Of a DNA stretch of 64,000 nt, positions 1-13,210 are shown one piece after another. The notes beneath the pieces are model-generated. The model saw nothing but the letters and a program-made list of their open reading frames with translations. It had not been told where the DNA came from and did no database searches. The DNA is from Hyphochytrium catenoides (taxonomy: Eukaryota > Protista > Hyphochytriomycota), in assembly GCA_900088475.1 (NCBI GenBank), contig FLMG01003710.1, forward strand, positions 62,001-126,000, written 5' to 3'. The position numbers and the translations under genes were made by a program. Positions within the stretch are counted from its first letter, which is position 1. Each line of letters starts with the position of its first letter.

Positions 1-3000
1 CTCTACTAAGAGCTTGGGCCTTGTACACGCATACTAGCAAAGTGTTAGGCTGTATTGGAAAGTATCAGGAAGGACAGAAGGGGCCATGAGAAAGCCTCGT
101 AATATAGGAGTCTATGCGCAGTGACGTGGGCATTTTACGTCCTCCAACACAATCACCATTTGAGCAGGAAGAACAACAACGGTGAAAGATCATAAGTCAT
201 AGTCCCAGGATTTGCACCATTGATGGACTAGGGGACTAATATGATCGCTACCTCTACAATTACAGCGTGAAGCCTCTTGTCAGCCAACATCTCCCGATGT
301 TCTGCTGCCTCCAACTCTGTGATATCCACTGGAAAGCCGTACTGCTTCTCCCAGAGCTTGCAGTATCTCATGCTTAGATATGGAACGGTGCCATCTCCAG
401 AAACGGTGCGGGTCTCCCCTGTGTCTGGAATGACTTGCTGCGTGTTGCGCGTTTCGTAGGCAATGCCTCCTTTAACAGTAAGGGTGTTGTTGCCTTGTAT
501 TACAGCCGACTTGGTCCAGGAAAATTCATTAGAAGCATGCAAGAGGTATTAGGTCAGAGTCAATGTCTATCGGCTTAAAGGAGACGAGAATGTGTTCCAT
601 CTAGGACTACACAAGAGGGGTTTACGTCCAGTCATGATTTCCTAGGAGAGCGTAAACCATGGATGAAGACCAAAGAGACCGACTCGCTTGACCGCGGGTA
701 AAAGAAAGGCGGGTGTACCTTGTCGGGTTTATATTTGGAATTGGTAGCTCCCCGCACCAAGCGAAAAGTTTTCCTTCGATAGAAGGTCATGACCTCCGTA
801 TCAAGATTGATTCCATATACAACCTAAGCACATTCATGAACCGGTAACAGTCGCAAATGTAAGGCAGCACGTGGGCGCGTGTGTCCGCGAATATAGAGCT
901 TAAACCGCGAATATAGAGCTTAAGGAGCTAAGGTAGGGCAAAGGCGTAGACAAGTCACGGACCAAACCTGGCATCCGGTTAGCTCAGGTCAACATATGCA
1001 CCCCGGAAGAGAAGCCAATAATGTATGCGATATAATCAGTTCCTATCTTACCTTTAGTTTGCAGGGAGGAGGATGTAGGACCCTTGGCAATGTGCTGCCT
1101 TCAGTGAAGCCAAAGTTAGGGTCGCCCTCATAGTACTGATACCATTGCCTTAGCTTGTAGTCAATATTATCAAGCGCCATCATCTCCTGATTCTTGCGGG
1201 GCTGGTAGCGCTTATTAGGGTTCGTGCGGTGCACGGGATACCACCCTGTAGGAGGTGTGATCAGATGATAGTAACCAGAGTAACATTCCAGTCTCCGTGC
1301 CTGTGGGAGGGTTGAAGCCCTGGAAATTCGGATTGTACGCTGCTATCTTGGAGGCCACTTCTTGTGATAGCGAAGAATAAGGTACAAACTGAGCAAAGTG
1401 GTCAGAGCGTCTTCATAAGCTTCCGCATAATATAATGACATTAAAAAGAAAATTAAGGCCGCTTACCTCTATACGAATATGGATGGCAGCTTTCTGGCTG
1501 AGTGGGAACGGTCCGCTGTTCGGTGGGATCAATTGAGGTATTATTAGTTAAGATGTGATTGAAGCAGATTGTGTCAGTGGGAGCACCATATGTGGGTGAC
1601 GGCTGAGGTAACGATCAGAAGGCACTAACCTGTAAGTTGGCTGTCCCCTCAGTAGTGAGGCGATGGTAACTTCATTAGCCGCCACAGTCTTCTGAGACCA
1701 TCGCATTCCTTGCGTTGTGCCCACAACGCCTGCCACCATGCCGCTGGCTTTCTTGATCTTTATGCTTATCACTTCATTCAAAGAAACCTGATCGGGCCTC
1801 TCAGAAACGAACTCGAACGCAGCGTTGTAGGCAGGTGTCCTAGCATGCAAGAACCAATTAAGGGTATGATGACGGGTAAAAGAAAGCACTATGGCTCTGT
1901 TAGGAGCCAGAATGACAATCATACTGAGAGGTGAAGGTTCGAAAGCGTTAGAACTCGGTTTGGCGCTAGCATTTACCTCCCCACCACTTCCATCGTATTT
2001 AGTCTAGTCTGGCGGAAGGGATCATCAACCAGAACCTTCTTCTTTACTTCAACAATGGCAAAGGTCCTGTCTTCCTACCTCACATTGCATTAAGTGTGCC
2101 AATAGCTGTTGTTATCTCATCTCACACATATTGAGAAGCGTTATCCGGTAGTCTTATTTGGCAATATGCCTTACCTTGCCCACTAATCTTCGAAGATCCG
2201 CCGCGAAGAGTTCGACTCTATAGAAGCCTTCAATGCGCGTAAAGGACGAAGCGTAGGCAAATGTAAGATTTGGCGCTGCCCAGTCTTGGATTGGAAGACA
2301 CCTGTATCGAAACATCGTCGGCTTTAGTTCTTGAGGCCTTTACTATGAATTGCCTGTTCAGCAATAGGACGTTGCGCACATTCCTCTCCTGTGTCTATCC
2401 TAGACTTACCAGCAGCCGCTCCCGAGGGATCGTCCTAAAACCAATGCGTGCTCATCTTGAAGGAAGGTATCTAAGCCCATCTAAATACCGGTTAGCTTCA
2501 GCGCAAAAAAATATGGGATAACATCATGAAGGAGTATTGTAGGTTTATGCCAAAGGGCAGAGACCAGGTCTTCGACGAAATGGAAAAGAGAAAGCGAGTA
2601 AGCACATATAACCGGGGCACAGAGTCGGGATGCATACAGGAAACAAGCGTAAAGGCTATAATGATATGCACCTTATCTCCGTTTACAATAGCTCTACAAG
2701 CCTTAGGGGCACCAAGCCACAACGGCCCAGCGGCAAAGAAGGAGTGAACATACTTGTCGATCCATACCTGTAGTTTCGAAATAAGTAGACTTAGACTGCG
2801 TCCTCTCCTTGCTAGCAAAGGGACGTTTAAGGAAGAGCGGAATGGGCCCAGCATCTTCTGCCCATCCCTATTCGACATACCTGCCCTTGAACTGACTCGA
2901 ATTTGACCCAATTAAGAAAGAATTGTATACATCGGGTACCCATAGAGTGCCCAAGTAGGACTACGGGTCTTGACCCATTGTCTTGGTACATTTTCTCAAC

Positions 3001-5065
3001 GGCAAACATCACTTTAGAGAAGTATTGGTCCCTCTCTTGAAGCTTTCTTGGCATTAGCCGCCAGTCATAGGGAGCTGGAATGAGAGTGATGAAAGAGGAG
3101 GTTTGGGGATGAGTCCAGCGGACGGCAGGGAAAGTGCCTTACAAAGAGTGTACAATAGAAGAAATATTCGGGAAACCTGCACAGAGATTGTCTCCTGGTA
3201 CATAGCCCACAGCCTCCAAAGCAGCGATGACGTGGCCAAAGACATAAGAAAGTGCCTTGGTGATGGCACCAGGCTCCAAAAAGTCCACGCCTGCCAGGCC
3301 TTCCACGGGCCGCACCTGAGAAGCAAGTGTCTAAGCGGCAATACCTTCACCTAACGACCCCTAGACTGGGCACAGTGGTCCCTTTTTCTGTCACTACTGA
3401 TTTACCCTAGAACGGCAACACATCTTGCCGCCGCCCTCTTCTATGTACTTTCACCGTCATCTACAGGTGATACAGGCCGCTCCCATTTGCATCTTTCACC
3501 CTACCTCTTGGCGCCACCAATCTTTGACCTCTCTTCCGAACAGCCTAACTCTATATCCAGCCGTAAACGAGACAACGCAGCAAGTTCACAACTCTGTCTT
3601 TCTTACCTGTATGCCCGGAGGGTCAGAGAAGCCGTCCTCGGTGTCAACACAAATATGCTGAATCCAGCGGTTCCGCTTTGCGTGTTCTTCGCTCTGAAAA
3701 TCTCTATCGTCTAGGTAAAGATCTCGGTTCATTGTCCCTCGGACCTAAACAAGTTTTGCCGAATCAGTGGCACTCTTCAATCCCCGCTGCCCTATCTCAG
3801 ATGCCTTCCGACACCTCCCTTAGTCTGGCCCCCTGCTTCATCCTTCTCTTTCTGGCTTCATCGTTTACATTCACCTTGACCTTGCTAGGTAGCCCTCTCC
3901 ATTTCGCTTCTCCATTACTCATCTCATGCTAGTGAAAGAACTGTCATTGCTGTGTCCTAACCTTACCTCCTTTGAGTGTCCAAACAGAAGCTTGCTAATG
4001 CCTGACGCTTTGTCTCTGACGACCTGCACCGCCCTCCCATCCCTGTCACGCGCTGTTACTGTCCTCTCAAGCTTCCCAAAATTCAGGGCATTTATTCCCA
4101 GCTTTCCCAAAGAAATCCAGATACGCTCATTCTGCCATTGTGGATAATGTGCTGTCGCTTTGATGAACAGCCCTGGCATATCATGCAAGCGGAGCGAGGT
4201 ACGGTCAACGATAAGGAAGCTAGAAGCTCAAAGAGAGTGCCCAGAGCCGATGTAGACGGTGAGCTAGCGAACGGTGGCACGCCAGAGTCTTACCCGAGGA
4301 CATAAACCCTGGGATAATAAGTATGGGGTGGTTCGGTCTGTAGTCAAAGACGACATCGTTGGGCGGGAAGTACGATTTTCGTGGCATCGTGCACCAAGGG
4401 CAGGGGGAAAGGACGCTAGGAAGCAAGCTCCTTGTAGAATGCTTCTATAGCCTTACGTTCTGCGTTGTTGCTGCAGAGGAAGGCTTCTCTAGTACGTAGT
4501 CACCGTCCATGGACTGGCTCGAAAAAGGCATCATAGGGTGAAGGGAACCAGGGAGCAAGTCTCTCTAAGCATCGCAGTGCGGCTTCAAAAGTTCCTTCAT
4601 TCCCTTCGCTAAGGTAAAAGACGAGCAGTCTAACGTAATGCCATATACTCTTCTACTATTCTTATCGCCCCAGGTCGTTTAGCGCTCAGGGGTGTAGGTT
4701 CTCGTAGCGCGCCACCTTCAAGAGCTGAAGTTTCTGCCACAGATTTGATCAAAACAGCATCAGAATCTCTAAGGGGATGTTACATCAAGGAGTGCTTGCA
4801 TAGCCAGTTTCCGCGGCGTTAGCGGCTGCTCATTGTGAAGCGGGTATCTTACAGTTGGAGGAAGTCGCAGTCGAGGGAGGAGAGAGAGAAGCACAACACG
4901 AGGGAGAGAGAAAGTGAAAGAGGGAGAGAGAGAGTGAATAATAATAAGAGAGGGAGGGAGGAAGGTGGATGAGACAGAGGAGACATAGAGCGATGACATT
5001 CCCCCCAAACCCTACAGCAGATCTTTGACGGCAGGATTCATGATGTTGGTATACAAAGATGACAT
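1..5065 (-). CDS. LCAT/PDAT-family acyltransferase (phospholipid:diacylglycerol/sterol acyltransferase-like), multi-exon, 3' end outside window
   Basis: Spliced minus-strand exons give HPILIIPGFMSSG (~4295-4335), DPPGIQ|VRPVEGLAGVDFLEPG, APYDWRL, the nucleophile elbow VVLLGHSMG (~2940-2965), GPLWLGAPKA, SGDGTVP (~385-405) and AEHREML. The last visible exon YACTRPKLLVE reaches position 1. The start ATG at 5065 is tentative. Confidence 0.88.
885..923. repeat. 20-bp tandem duplication (CCGCGAATATAGAGCTTAAA x~2) in an intron
   Basis: Direct copies at 885-904 and 905-923. Confidence 0.9.
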
Positions 5066-6308
5066 CAGAGTTATCTTCAGTGCTCGTCGCGCATCACTTC
5101 AATGCGAGTAAGAGTGCAGGGAAGAGTTCAGGGAAGACACGACAAGAAGCAGAACAGCGCATATGGATTCATAGATGAGTAGAATGAGTTCACTCATACG
5201 CTGACGCCAAGACTCTCGACTTGTACTGCCGTTCAAGCTGCGAGACGGACGAGGAAAGATAGTAGTTGCTCTAAGCTTTTTGGAGAGAAGAGGAAAGAAG
5301 AGGCAATACTATTGAGTAAAAGACCAACGGTGTCTGAAAGCACCAGCACACCCAATCTGAAACGCGTGGAGAGGATACGGAGAGAACTCTGGCGGAAGAA
5401 TGAGCCGCAGAGTAATACTCCCGCACTCAGCTCGTTGTCCTTGCTATCAGAAAGTGGTAAGCGGACGCTCTTATTGCATCGCTACTTTCTCTCATGAGTG
5501 TGGACGGCTTGCTGTACATGAGGGAGCCAAGAAAGGTCCAGCTGAAGATTTAGTCTGATGCCTATTTAATTGGGCAGTTGGTCGTCGATCGTGCCTGACA
5601 AGAAGCAGATTCCGATGAGGTTGGCCGTAGAGTTCTCCGAATAGGTGCCAGGTGTCCACCTTCAGCAATAGTCATAGACTCAGATGTTAGTTATCGTCGA
5701 CCCCTTGTCGCTATCCCTAAGCCCTAATCTCCCCAGCCCACTCCAGGAATGACGGGGGACTGCGGTTATAAAAGAAAGCAACGGAGCAGCGATTACCATT
5801 GACATTGTCATTAGTTCTTCCCTTGCAACTGCTCGCAAGCTGGTCTCGTACTAGCAAGAAGGGATAAGCTTTCCTTTGGAAAGGCTCGGAGGAACATAGG
5901 AACAGAGGTCACAGCTACACAGGCCGCCAAAACCCACATGACGATGTAAGTGAGACCCATCCAAGTATGTTGACAAAGGTGACAGGTATACGGACTGGGA
6001 AGGAGAGGAAATAGAAAGAGTAGAGAAAGGCTCAATATTCCTGTCTAGTAACTCTCAAAGGAGCAGGAGGAAGCCACAATACTATACACCTGTCCAGTAA
6101 CGCTCACAGGCGAGTGTGCCTGGCATTGATCCGGAACACCTATCCACATTCCATTCAATCGTCTAGAGTTCTTGAAAGCAGCCATGCAGGTTAACACTCT
6201 AGCAATGTTTACTTATACATGTGGCAAGCAATGTTCATTTGCCCCTCTCGGACAATGAGAGATCTCTTGCCGAGAAGAAAATCCTGGCGTATCTTATCTC
6301 TAACCCAT

Positions 6309-6743
6309 TTACTTGTTGCTGTTAATTGCAGAGGTGAGCTTGCCGATGTCAGCTCCTACCACCTCAGTAACCTTCTTGCCGTTCTTGTAAAGAATGAAGG
6401 TTGGCATGGCTTGGATGCCCTCGTCCTGAGCAGTCTCCTCGTTCTCATCTACATTGACCTTGAAGAAGGCGACATCCGTCAGCTCCTTTGACAGCTCCTC
6501 AATCTTTGGAGCAATGAACTTGCATGGCCCACACCTAATAATTTGTCAGAAAGAAAATAAAGAGGGTCAGCTACAGCTCTCTATGGAGAATGTGGGAAGC
6601 CCAGGGGGACTATACGAGAGGCAGGAAAGGCCATATGTGATGGCAACGTACCAGTCAGCATAGAAGTCAACCACCACGAGCTTGCTGCCAGCGCTCTGAA
6701 GGGCAGAGGTAAAATCAGACTTGGTCTTGAGTTGGTTCACCAT
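6309..6743 (-). CDS. TRX: Thioredoxin (WCGPC), 2 exons
   Basis: Exons 6743-6652 and 6534-6309 splice (GT-AG) to MVNQLKTKSDF...[24 protein letters not shown]...GIQAMPTFILYKNGKKV...NK*. Confidence 0.97.
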
Positions 6744-6989
6744 TGTGATGGGTAACGAATGTGTTTGGGAGTTGTTCAAAAGTCTATGTTATGCCTAGCG
6801 TGTGCTGGATGTCTGGAAAATAGCGAACTGAATCTTCAGAATACCCGTTCGTCAGCAGAGAGACGAACCCAGCCGAGAGCCAAGGACAATCCACTCGCCG
6901 ACTGCGAATGAAGACGACAGAAGTTCACAGAACGAACAAACTCATCAGGAAAATCTTGGAAGATACCTTCCCACCCCTACACGGAAACA

Positions 6990-8500
6990 TACAACTGAAA
7001 GGTTTCATGCTATATGACTGTTAATGTACCCAACAGGTAGGGAACATACAGGAATATTCCGGACTGTGAAAGCTTTCCACTTCTGATGTGTTCGTGGGAG
7101 TGTGTGAGGTAGGGAGAAGGGCGGATGAAGGTTGGGAAGAGGTTCGTCTGTCTTCAGACTGGTTTGGAGGAGGGGGTGACCGCCTTTACCCCTATGCAGA
7201 GGGGATTTCCCCTTCACACCCGGTCATAAGTTCATGACAATGGAGGTGAGGCACCCCTTTATACTGGGTGTTCTGAGACCTCACATGAAGGAAGTGTTTG
7301 ATGTCGTTTTCTTTCATGAATAAAGAGACCTCCGCTTCACATGGTGATGGTTAGCTCCCAGCTTGTTGTCAGAGAAGATGACACGAGAGATCTACCCAAG
7401 GCGATAGGGCCTGGTGAGTACCCAAAAACTATGTAGCTAGGGGCGAACAGTGAAAGAGCAACTCTTACGGTTTCTCCTCTTCACATCAAGATCCTTTATT
7501 ATCACCACCAGTAGTAGTTCCTCGTTCTTCTAGTAGGGCTGCACACCAACTAGGAATCATCTGTTTTCTGAAGGATTATTAGCTAGTTCCTAGTTCTAGA
7601 AGAACAAGTGAATCAAGAGTAAGGAAACCTTTGTTCCGCGCCTGCGGGTGGAGATATTACTCGGAGCAATGGATGCGTTGGTAAATGTGCCTACCATCAG
7701 GAACGGAAGGGGCTGCAAGATATACGGTGACAAATGATGAGTTGTTACATCATCTTAGAAGCTACTCATCCTGTACTCGTACTTGTTTGTCAAAGGAGGT
7801 GCGTGCTCCGTATTGGAAAAAAAAAGCGGAATGTGGCTGCTCCCCTGGCCTCCTTCTCTCCTTCGTGGCTGGTAAAAGTTGCTGCAAGTGATTCTTCCAT
7901 CTCCTCTTGTCATGATAGAACACTATTGTCCAAAGAGTCATCCATAGGAAACAGATAGTGTAAGACACAGATCTCAACCATACCGCAACCGCTAGCTATA
8001 CATCATCATGCTTTCTAGCATTATTCTACTCTACTATTGCTTGCGTGCTGCAGTTAATATCTGAAGAAGCTCATCGACGTCGATCCTCATACAGATGTTA
8101 ACAGTTCACTTCACTCCCACTTACTGACAACGACAAAAGCGAAGAAGCATGTGCTTCCATGCTACTAAAGAAAGTAAAGACTTTCTTATGGCTTCTACCT
8201 ATAAACATAATATGGAGGTGCATCATTATTTCTTCATAATAGCAACGAGCCTGGGGCACCATAATAGAGAGCCTAGCTTATCGCATGATTGATGGACCCA
8301 ACCCCATCACCACTGCCTCCCTTCAGACAAGGGGCAGGACTTTTCCAAGGGGCCGGCGGTGTCGATGTAACCTTACTGGGGGCCTCACCACCCATAGAGC
8401 CATCAAAAGTATATATAATTTCTTGGCAACATGATAAACAGCCGTCGCGCTTCTTTGGCCTGTACAAGTAAAAGATATTCGTCATTCTATTCTGCCGTAG
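6990..8500. other. Intergenic island with short stop-interrupted ORFs, probably decayed repeat or foreign DNA
   Basis: No consistent splice pattern, several 60-75 aa ORFs without recognisable motifs, AT-richer and apparently CpG-poor relative to the genes. Confidence 0.3.
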
Positions 8501-8888
8501 TGCTCTTTCTCTGAAGCTGTAATAATAATATCACCAATCAGAGATTAACAAGCCAAAGACACAGCATAGGGCAACTTAGTAATGCGTAAACCTCAAGAAA
8601 TTCCGAAAGTCCTTTCCTAATTTTCGGTGTTCGTTTCCCCACTGTCAAGAGAGAGACTTCATCATCTCTTCAGCGCTTATCATAGTCTTCACACAGACAA
8701 GGAGCCGTCTTGACTGAGCTTTTGCAGAGATTTCTCATGGCAAGAGGTCTCTTTGTAGCACCATAACCTAGTTCTTCAAGGCTCTTTAAATACTTTGCCT
8801 GGTTAGGTTGCAAGGGTCCAGACAGATATACATAGCAGCAAGAGGATAGTTGGGCTTAGGGCACGTCTCGGAAGTTCTGACGCCGACC

Positions 8889-11800
8889 ATGGACCAGTCA
8901 GAGGTAAAAAGAGATACCAGAAGGGTCCTCTTAGCTCAGCTAACGAACTTCTCGCGCTCGATGCACGCCACTTTACACTTCCTTCTCCCTGTACAGTCAT
9001 CTGACTACCACGGAAGGCAGCGCAGTGGGTCGATGGATAGCATTGACGCTGGATTAGCGGAGCCCTTCGAGCCACAACCGCATGGATCGCACATCTTGGC
9101 AGCAAGCAGCATTCCTCAAGCACAAAGTACAGTGTTACCATCGAAGGCTAGACCTGGTACGCCTCCATAGTTCTTGCTCGTCAGCCTGCATTGATAAAGG
9201 TTCTGCCAGAGCATGGAAACCCTTACAAGGCATCTTTGCCGAAGCAGCATGTGCATTATGACGTTGAAGACGAAGAATATAATGAAGCAGAGCCTTTCGC
9301 GTAAGCCTCGCAAAACACTAGTACTAGTTCTTAGCTCGGAGAGAATCTACATGGGACGACAGTAGTCAGAGAATACGAAAGAGTCCGACAATGAGAGCGA
9401 GTGACCAGAAGGTGCAGCCCGACCCGACTATTCTCTCTAACTCTCTCTAACCTTGTAGGTCTACTCCATATCACGCCGTAGGAGGAAGCTTCCCAAAGTA
9501 TCATGACCAAGCGTATGCAATACTCTTTGCGGGGCATCTGGTTGTCATTGCAATTCTGGCTGTAAGAGAGCTTTGTTCACTTCCTATTCCCGTAGTAGAC
9601 CCTGATCCCGGGTGACTGCTAGCTCTACGTTGCGATGATCTGATCCACGCCATACTAGGAGTCCTCTCTTCGCTATCTGGAGACGTCCTTCGCAATTGTT
9701 CTAACACATGCTTTGTCTCTCTAGATCTTTTGTGGCATTCCCAACATCCGTCACCTCCATTTTACGGATCACAGCTTCTCACAGGGAGGGGCGATGCTGG
9801 GGATTTTCGTCAGCACGACCGCCGTCAGCGCACTTTCATCCGTTGCTTGGCTTCTTTTGATCGAGAACTATGGAGCTCTGCTGATCAAATTTTTCTTTGT
9901 CCTTACGGGAGTGGTCCTTAATGCCAGCGGCGTCATTTGTCTCCTGCAATTCGGCTCTGCGGGATTTGTACCGTTCTTAGTCTCTCTCTCCCTGGCAGTG
10001 CTTTGGGGCTTCTATTATTTTAGAGTGAAAAGTAGAATTCCCTTCGCGGCCGCCAACCTTTCCTTAGCCTGCAGAGTGGTTAAGAAGTTTCCAAGCACTG
10101 TGAGGCTGGCAAGTGGTGCGCTAGGAGTGCAAGTAGTATGGGCTGTTCTGTGGTCTGCTGCAATGCTGGGGGCTCGAGGAATGGTGGATGGTAGGGACCC
10201 AGATATCTCTATGGGCGCTGGCGTCGTCACTCTGCTAATGCTAATCAGGTAAGCCTTTGTTTGTAGAACGGGAAGAAGATGGGTATATGGGACTCTACCC
10301 TACAAAGGTGCACGATTGCTACGCGAGGTTGGAATGGTCCTTTAGAAGGCAATGTAGGGAATGGGAAGACAGATCAATTGGCAGGACCTGCGTTTAAAGA
10401 TTGCTAACAACCGCCAATTACATGTCCGCTCGCTCTAGCCTCTTTTGGGGAATGGAAGTGATACACAATGTCGTCCATTGCACTACTGCCGGCACCGTGG
10501 GAGAATGGTGGTTCAGTGTCTCTCCAAAAGACGCTGTTAAGCGATCTCTTGTCCGTGCTATGACTACCTCGGTTGGCTCCATCTGCCTTGGGTCGCTAGT
10601 TGTGGCCACTCTGAATGCCTTGGTGGCGCTTCTCAGGTTAGGGGGAGCACGTACTTTTCTCATACGAAGGAAGGATTTATACAGCAGTTGTTTAGACACC
10701 TCACTCTTCCACATATCTGTGGCTGCTTTGAAGGTGCCAATCGTCGTTGTATTCTAACTCTTCTTTCCTCGCTATCTGGCTAGATTGGTGGAAGGTGAAG
10801 GCAGGCGGAGACAAAACAACAGACTCCTCTCAGCCCTAAGAAGGCTCTTGGTTTACCTTGAGAGGATGATGGAATTCTTCAACAAGTACGCCTTCTGTCA
10901 GGTATGGAACCCTTTGCCTATTGATTAGTGGATAGGTGTCCAGGACAAGACACGACCCTCGTGAGCATTGAGCTACGGCACTGCTCCTAAAATTCTCTTT
11001 GTCTTCATTAATAAATGGCAGATCTCTTTGTATGGGACGGATTTTAAAGCCGCTGGACACGAGGTTATGGAGTTGTTCCGTACCAGGTAATGTTAGGGTG
11101 CTGGGTTTGCCGGATTCTCTTCTTTCGCTTGACGAAACGACGTCTGGCTTCGTCTCCACACCTCTGCTTATAGGGGTTGGAGCACTATAATCAATCATGA
11201 GCTCATTAGCTCTCTTCTTACCGCTGGATGTCTGATTGTCGGTAAGTGCATAACCGGCAATCCTTATTGAGGCAGGCGATCGTGTGCTAGCAGCTAATGC
11301 TGAACCTCAGGTGGTGTGAGCGGGACTGCTGGGGCAACAGCTGCCTACAAGGCTTTCAAATGTTCTTCTATTGAGACCGGAGGTGGAGCTGTCTGCGGTA
11401 AGAACGGCAGATACAACTTCCTTGTTGCACGCGTGAGCGCCGTGTTCTCATTGTTGCGTGATAACCTATGCTCGGCAGATATGGAAACACCAGTTGTTCT
11501 TTCCTTTGCCATATGTGCTGTGTTGGGATACGGAGTTTGCTCTATCTCCTCAGGCGTCATTGATAGCGCTGTCAGCACGATCTGGGTGTGCTTTGCCAGG
11601 GTAAGAAGCACATAAATAGGAGGAACTCCTATCGATACAAGATTCTCCGCTTTCGGGGATACATTCATATTTCCCTTTTTTTCACATCGCCCCGATCTCT
11701 AAAGAAGATGTGTCCCAGTTATCCCCAAGCCTCTTTGCTTTTTCTCTCCCCGCTCTTCAGGTCTATATTTGCCATTTGAACGTTGTCCGCTTTCTCCTCG

Positions 11801-12055
11801 ACGTCGGGAGGCTACTTTACCTGAGGCAGACGCCCCTTTACCTGAGGCAGACGCCCAACGAGTCCTTATATAGTCTCTAGAGGGTGTCTAATCGCTTGTC
11901 CGTACTTGCATATTCCTCCTCTCTGCATCCAGGACCCCGCAACCCTACAATTGACGCACCCTGACGAGTTCCACCAGCTGGTTGATGCTTGGCAGAGGTT
12001 CCATCCTGATGTTATTGCAGCGTCTGGGCCTGCCTACTCAGTGCTGAGAGTCTAA
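8889..12055 (+). CDS. Choline transporter-like (CTL/SLC44/PNS1 family) membrane protein, multi-exon
   Basis: Spliced exons give PKYHDQAYAILFAGHL, RIPFAAANL, FWGMEVIHNVVHCTTAGTVGEWWF, RAMTTSVGSICLGSL, FNKYAF, SAVSTIWVCFA and DPATLQLTHP, which are typical CTL/Pns1 motifs. TAA at 12053-12055. Confidence 0.92.
11815..11856. repeat. 21-bp perfect tandem duplication in the last CTL intron
   Basis: CTTTACCTGAGGCAGACGCCC twice. Confidence 0.92.
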
Positions 12056-12652
12056 AAGAAGCCATAGAAGCTAAGAGGACAAGAGAGGGCCATAGGAGCC
12101 GGGGCTCCTTGTCTTTTTTCTCTCCCTATTTTCCATCAAAGCTGGTGGTTCACGTTTCCGAAGCGCCACCTCGGCTTCAAGACAGGCCTAACGTCCAGTT
12201 GATATGCATTTCTCTATGTAAATAAACCGGTCCATTGCCCTTTCGCTCTGTCACAACTGCGTGTACCTGTTCACGAAGCCGATTCGCTAGGCTCTGGGCC
12301 CCAGTCCCTCAGGGTAGACTCGTCTACCATGCTCTCCTTGCCTGACCAGCTGTAACTTCCTGTTCTGCCTTTGCGATCTATTTATAAAAAACTTCTCTTT
12401 GCACTGAGGGTGCCATGCATCTCTATTCAGCAGTCTAGTGTTTACGTAGTCTCCCTTTCGTTGATCATCCATGGCTTGACTGGCTCCCTCCGCTGTCAAG
12501 TTAAGGTAAACTTTAGTGTCGCGTAGCTGTTTTGGCTCCGTGGTTTCACCTGCGGATGCTCTTCCTCTGTCTGTTCGAAGATTCCTGCAGATGTACACTT
12601 CCTTACCCTATTCCCAAGAGCAGCGGTCACAGCTAGCATTGCCTAGGAGGAT

Positions 12653-13156
12653 TCATTCCCGCTTTTCAAGGCGAGAAAGAGCTGTGGTGATTCGACCTTC
12701 TAAAACTGATTCCAGCTCTTCCAGGATGGGTGTCGGAGGCTGCTGCAGCTGCGAACAGGTCATAAGACGCTCCACAGCCGAGTCTTCTCTGCCCTCCTTC
12801 TTCCTCCTCAAGATCTAGTCTGGGTGTCTCTCCGTCCCCAGTGGTGCCGTCACACTTCTGTTCCCTTCAACAATAAGTTCTACGACCGGCGATGAAGACA
12901 CGGCAGAGTAGTCGTAGAAGTCTACACATAGAATCAGTCGGTGAAGCAATAGAGAATGGGCTGTTGGTGGCGGTTAGCCGCTCTGCCCAGTAACGGACTT
13001 GATCGAAGAGTTTTTTAGGTTCCTCTTCAATGACGGTTTCTGGTCGCTCTTCTGTGTGGGCTGACAGGGCAAGGCGGAGGCAATACTGTCGTCCAGAGAC
13101 CAGAATAAGGATTCAGCAATGGAAAGGGAAAGCCGCAGAGATCTCAAGAGTTCTCT

Positions 13157-13210
<54 letters not shown>

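Noticed and set aside
5312-6035. Short ORFs between the LCAT gene and thioredoxin, including a 49-aa hydrophobic ORF (MGLTYIVMWVLAAC..)
   Set aside because: No recognisable motif and no consistent exon chain, so it cannot be supported without expression data.
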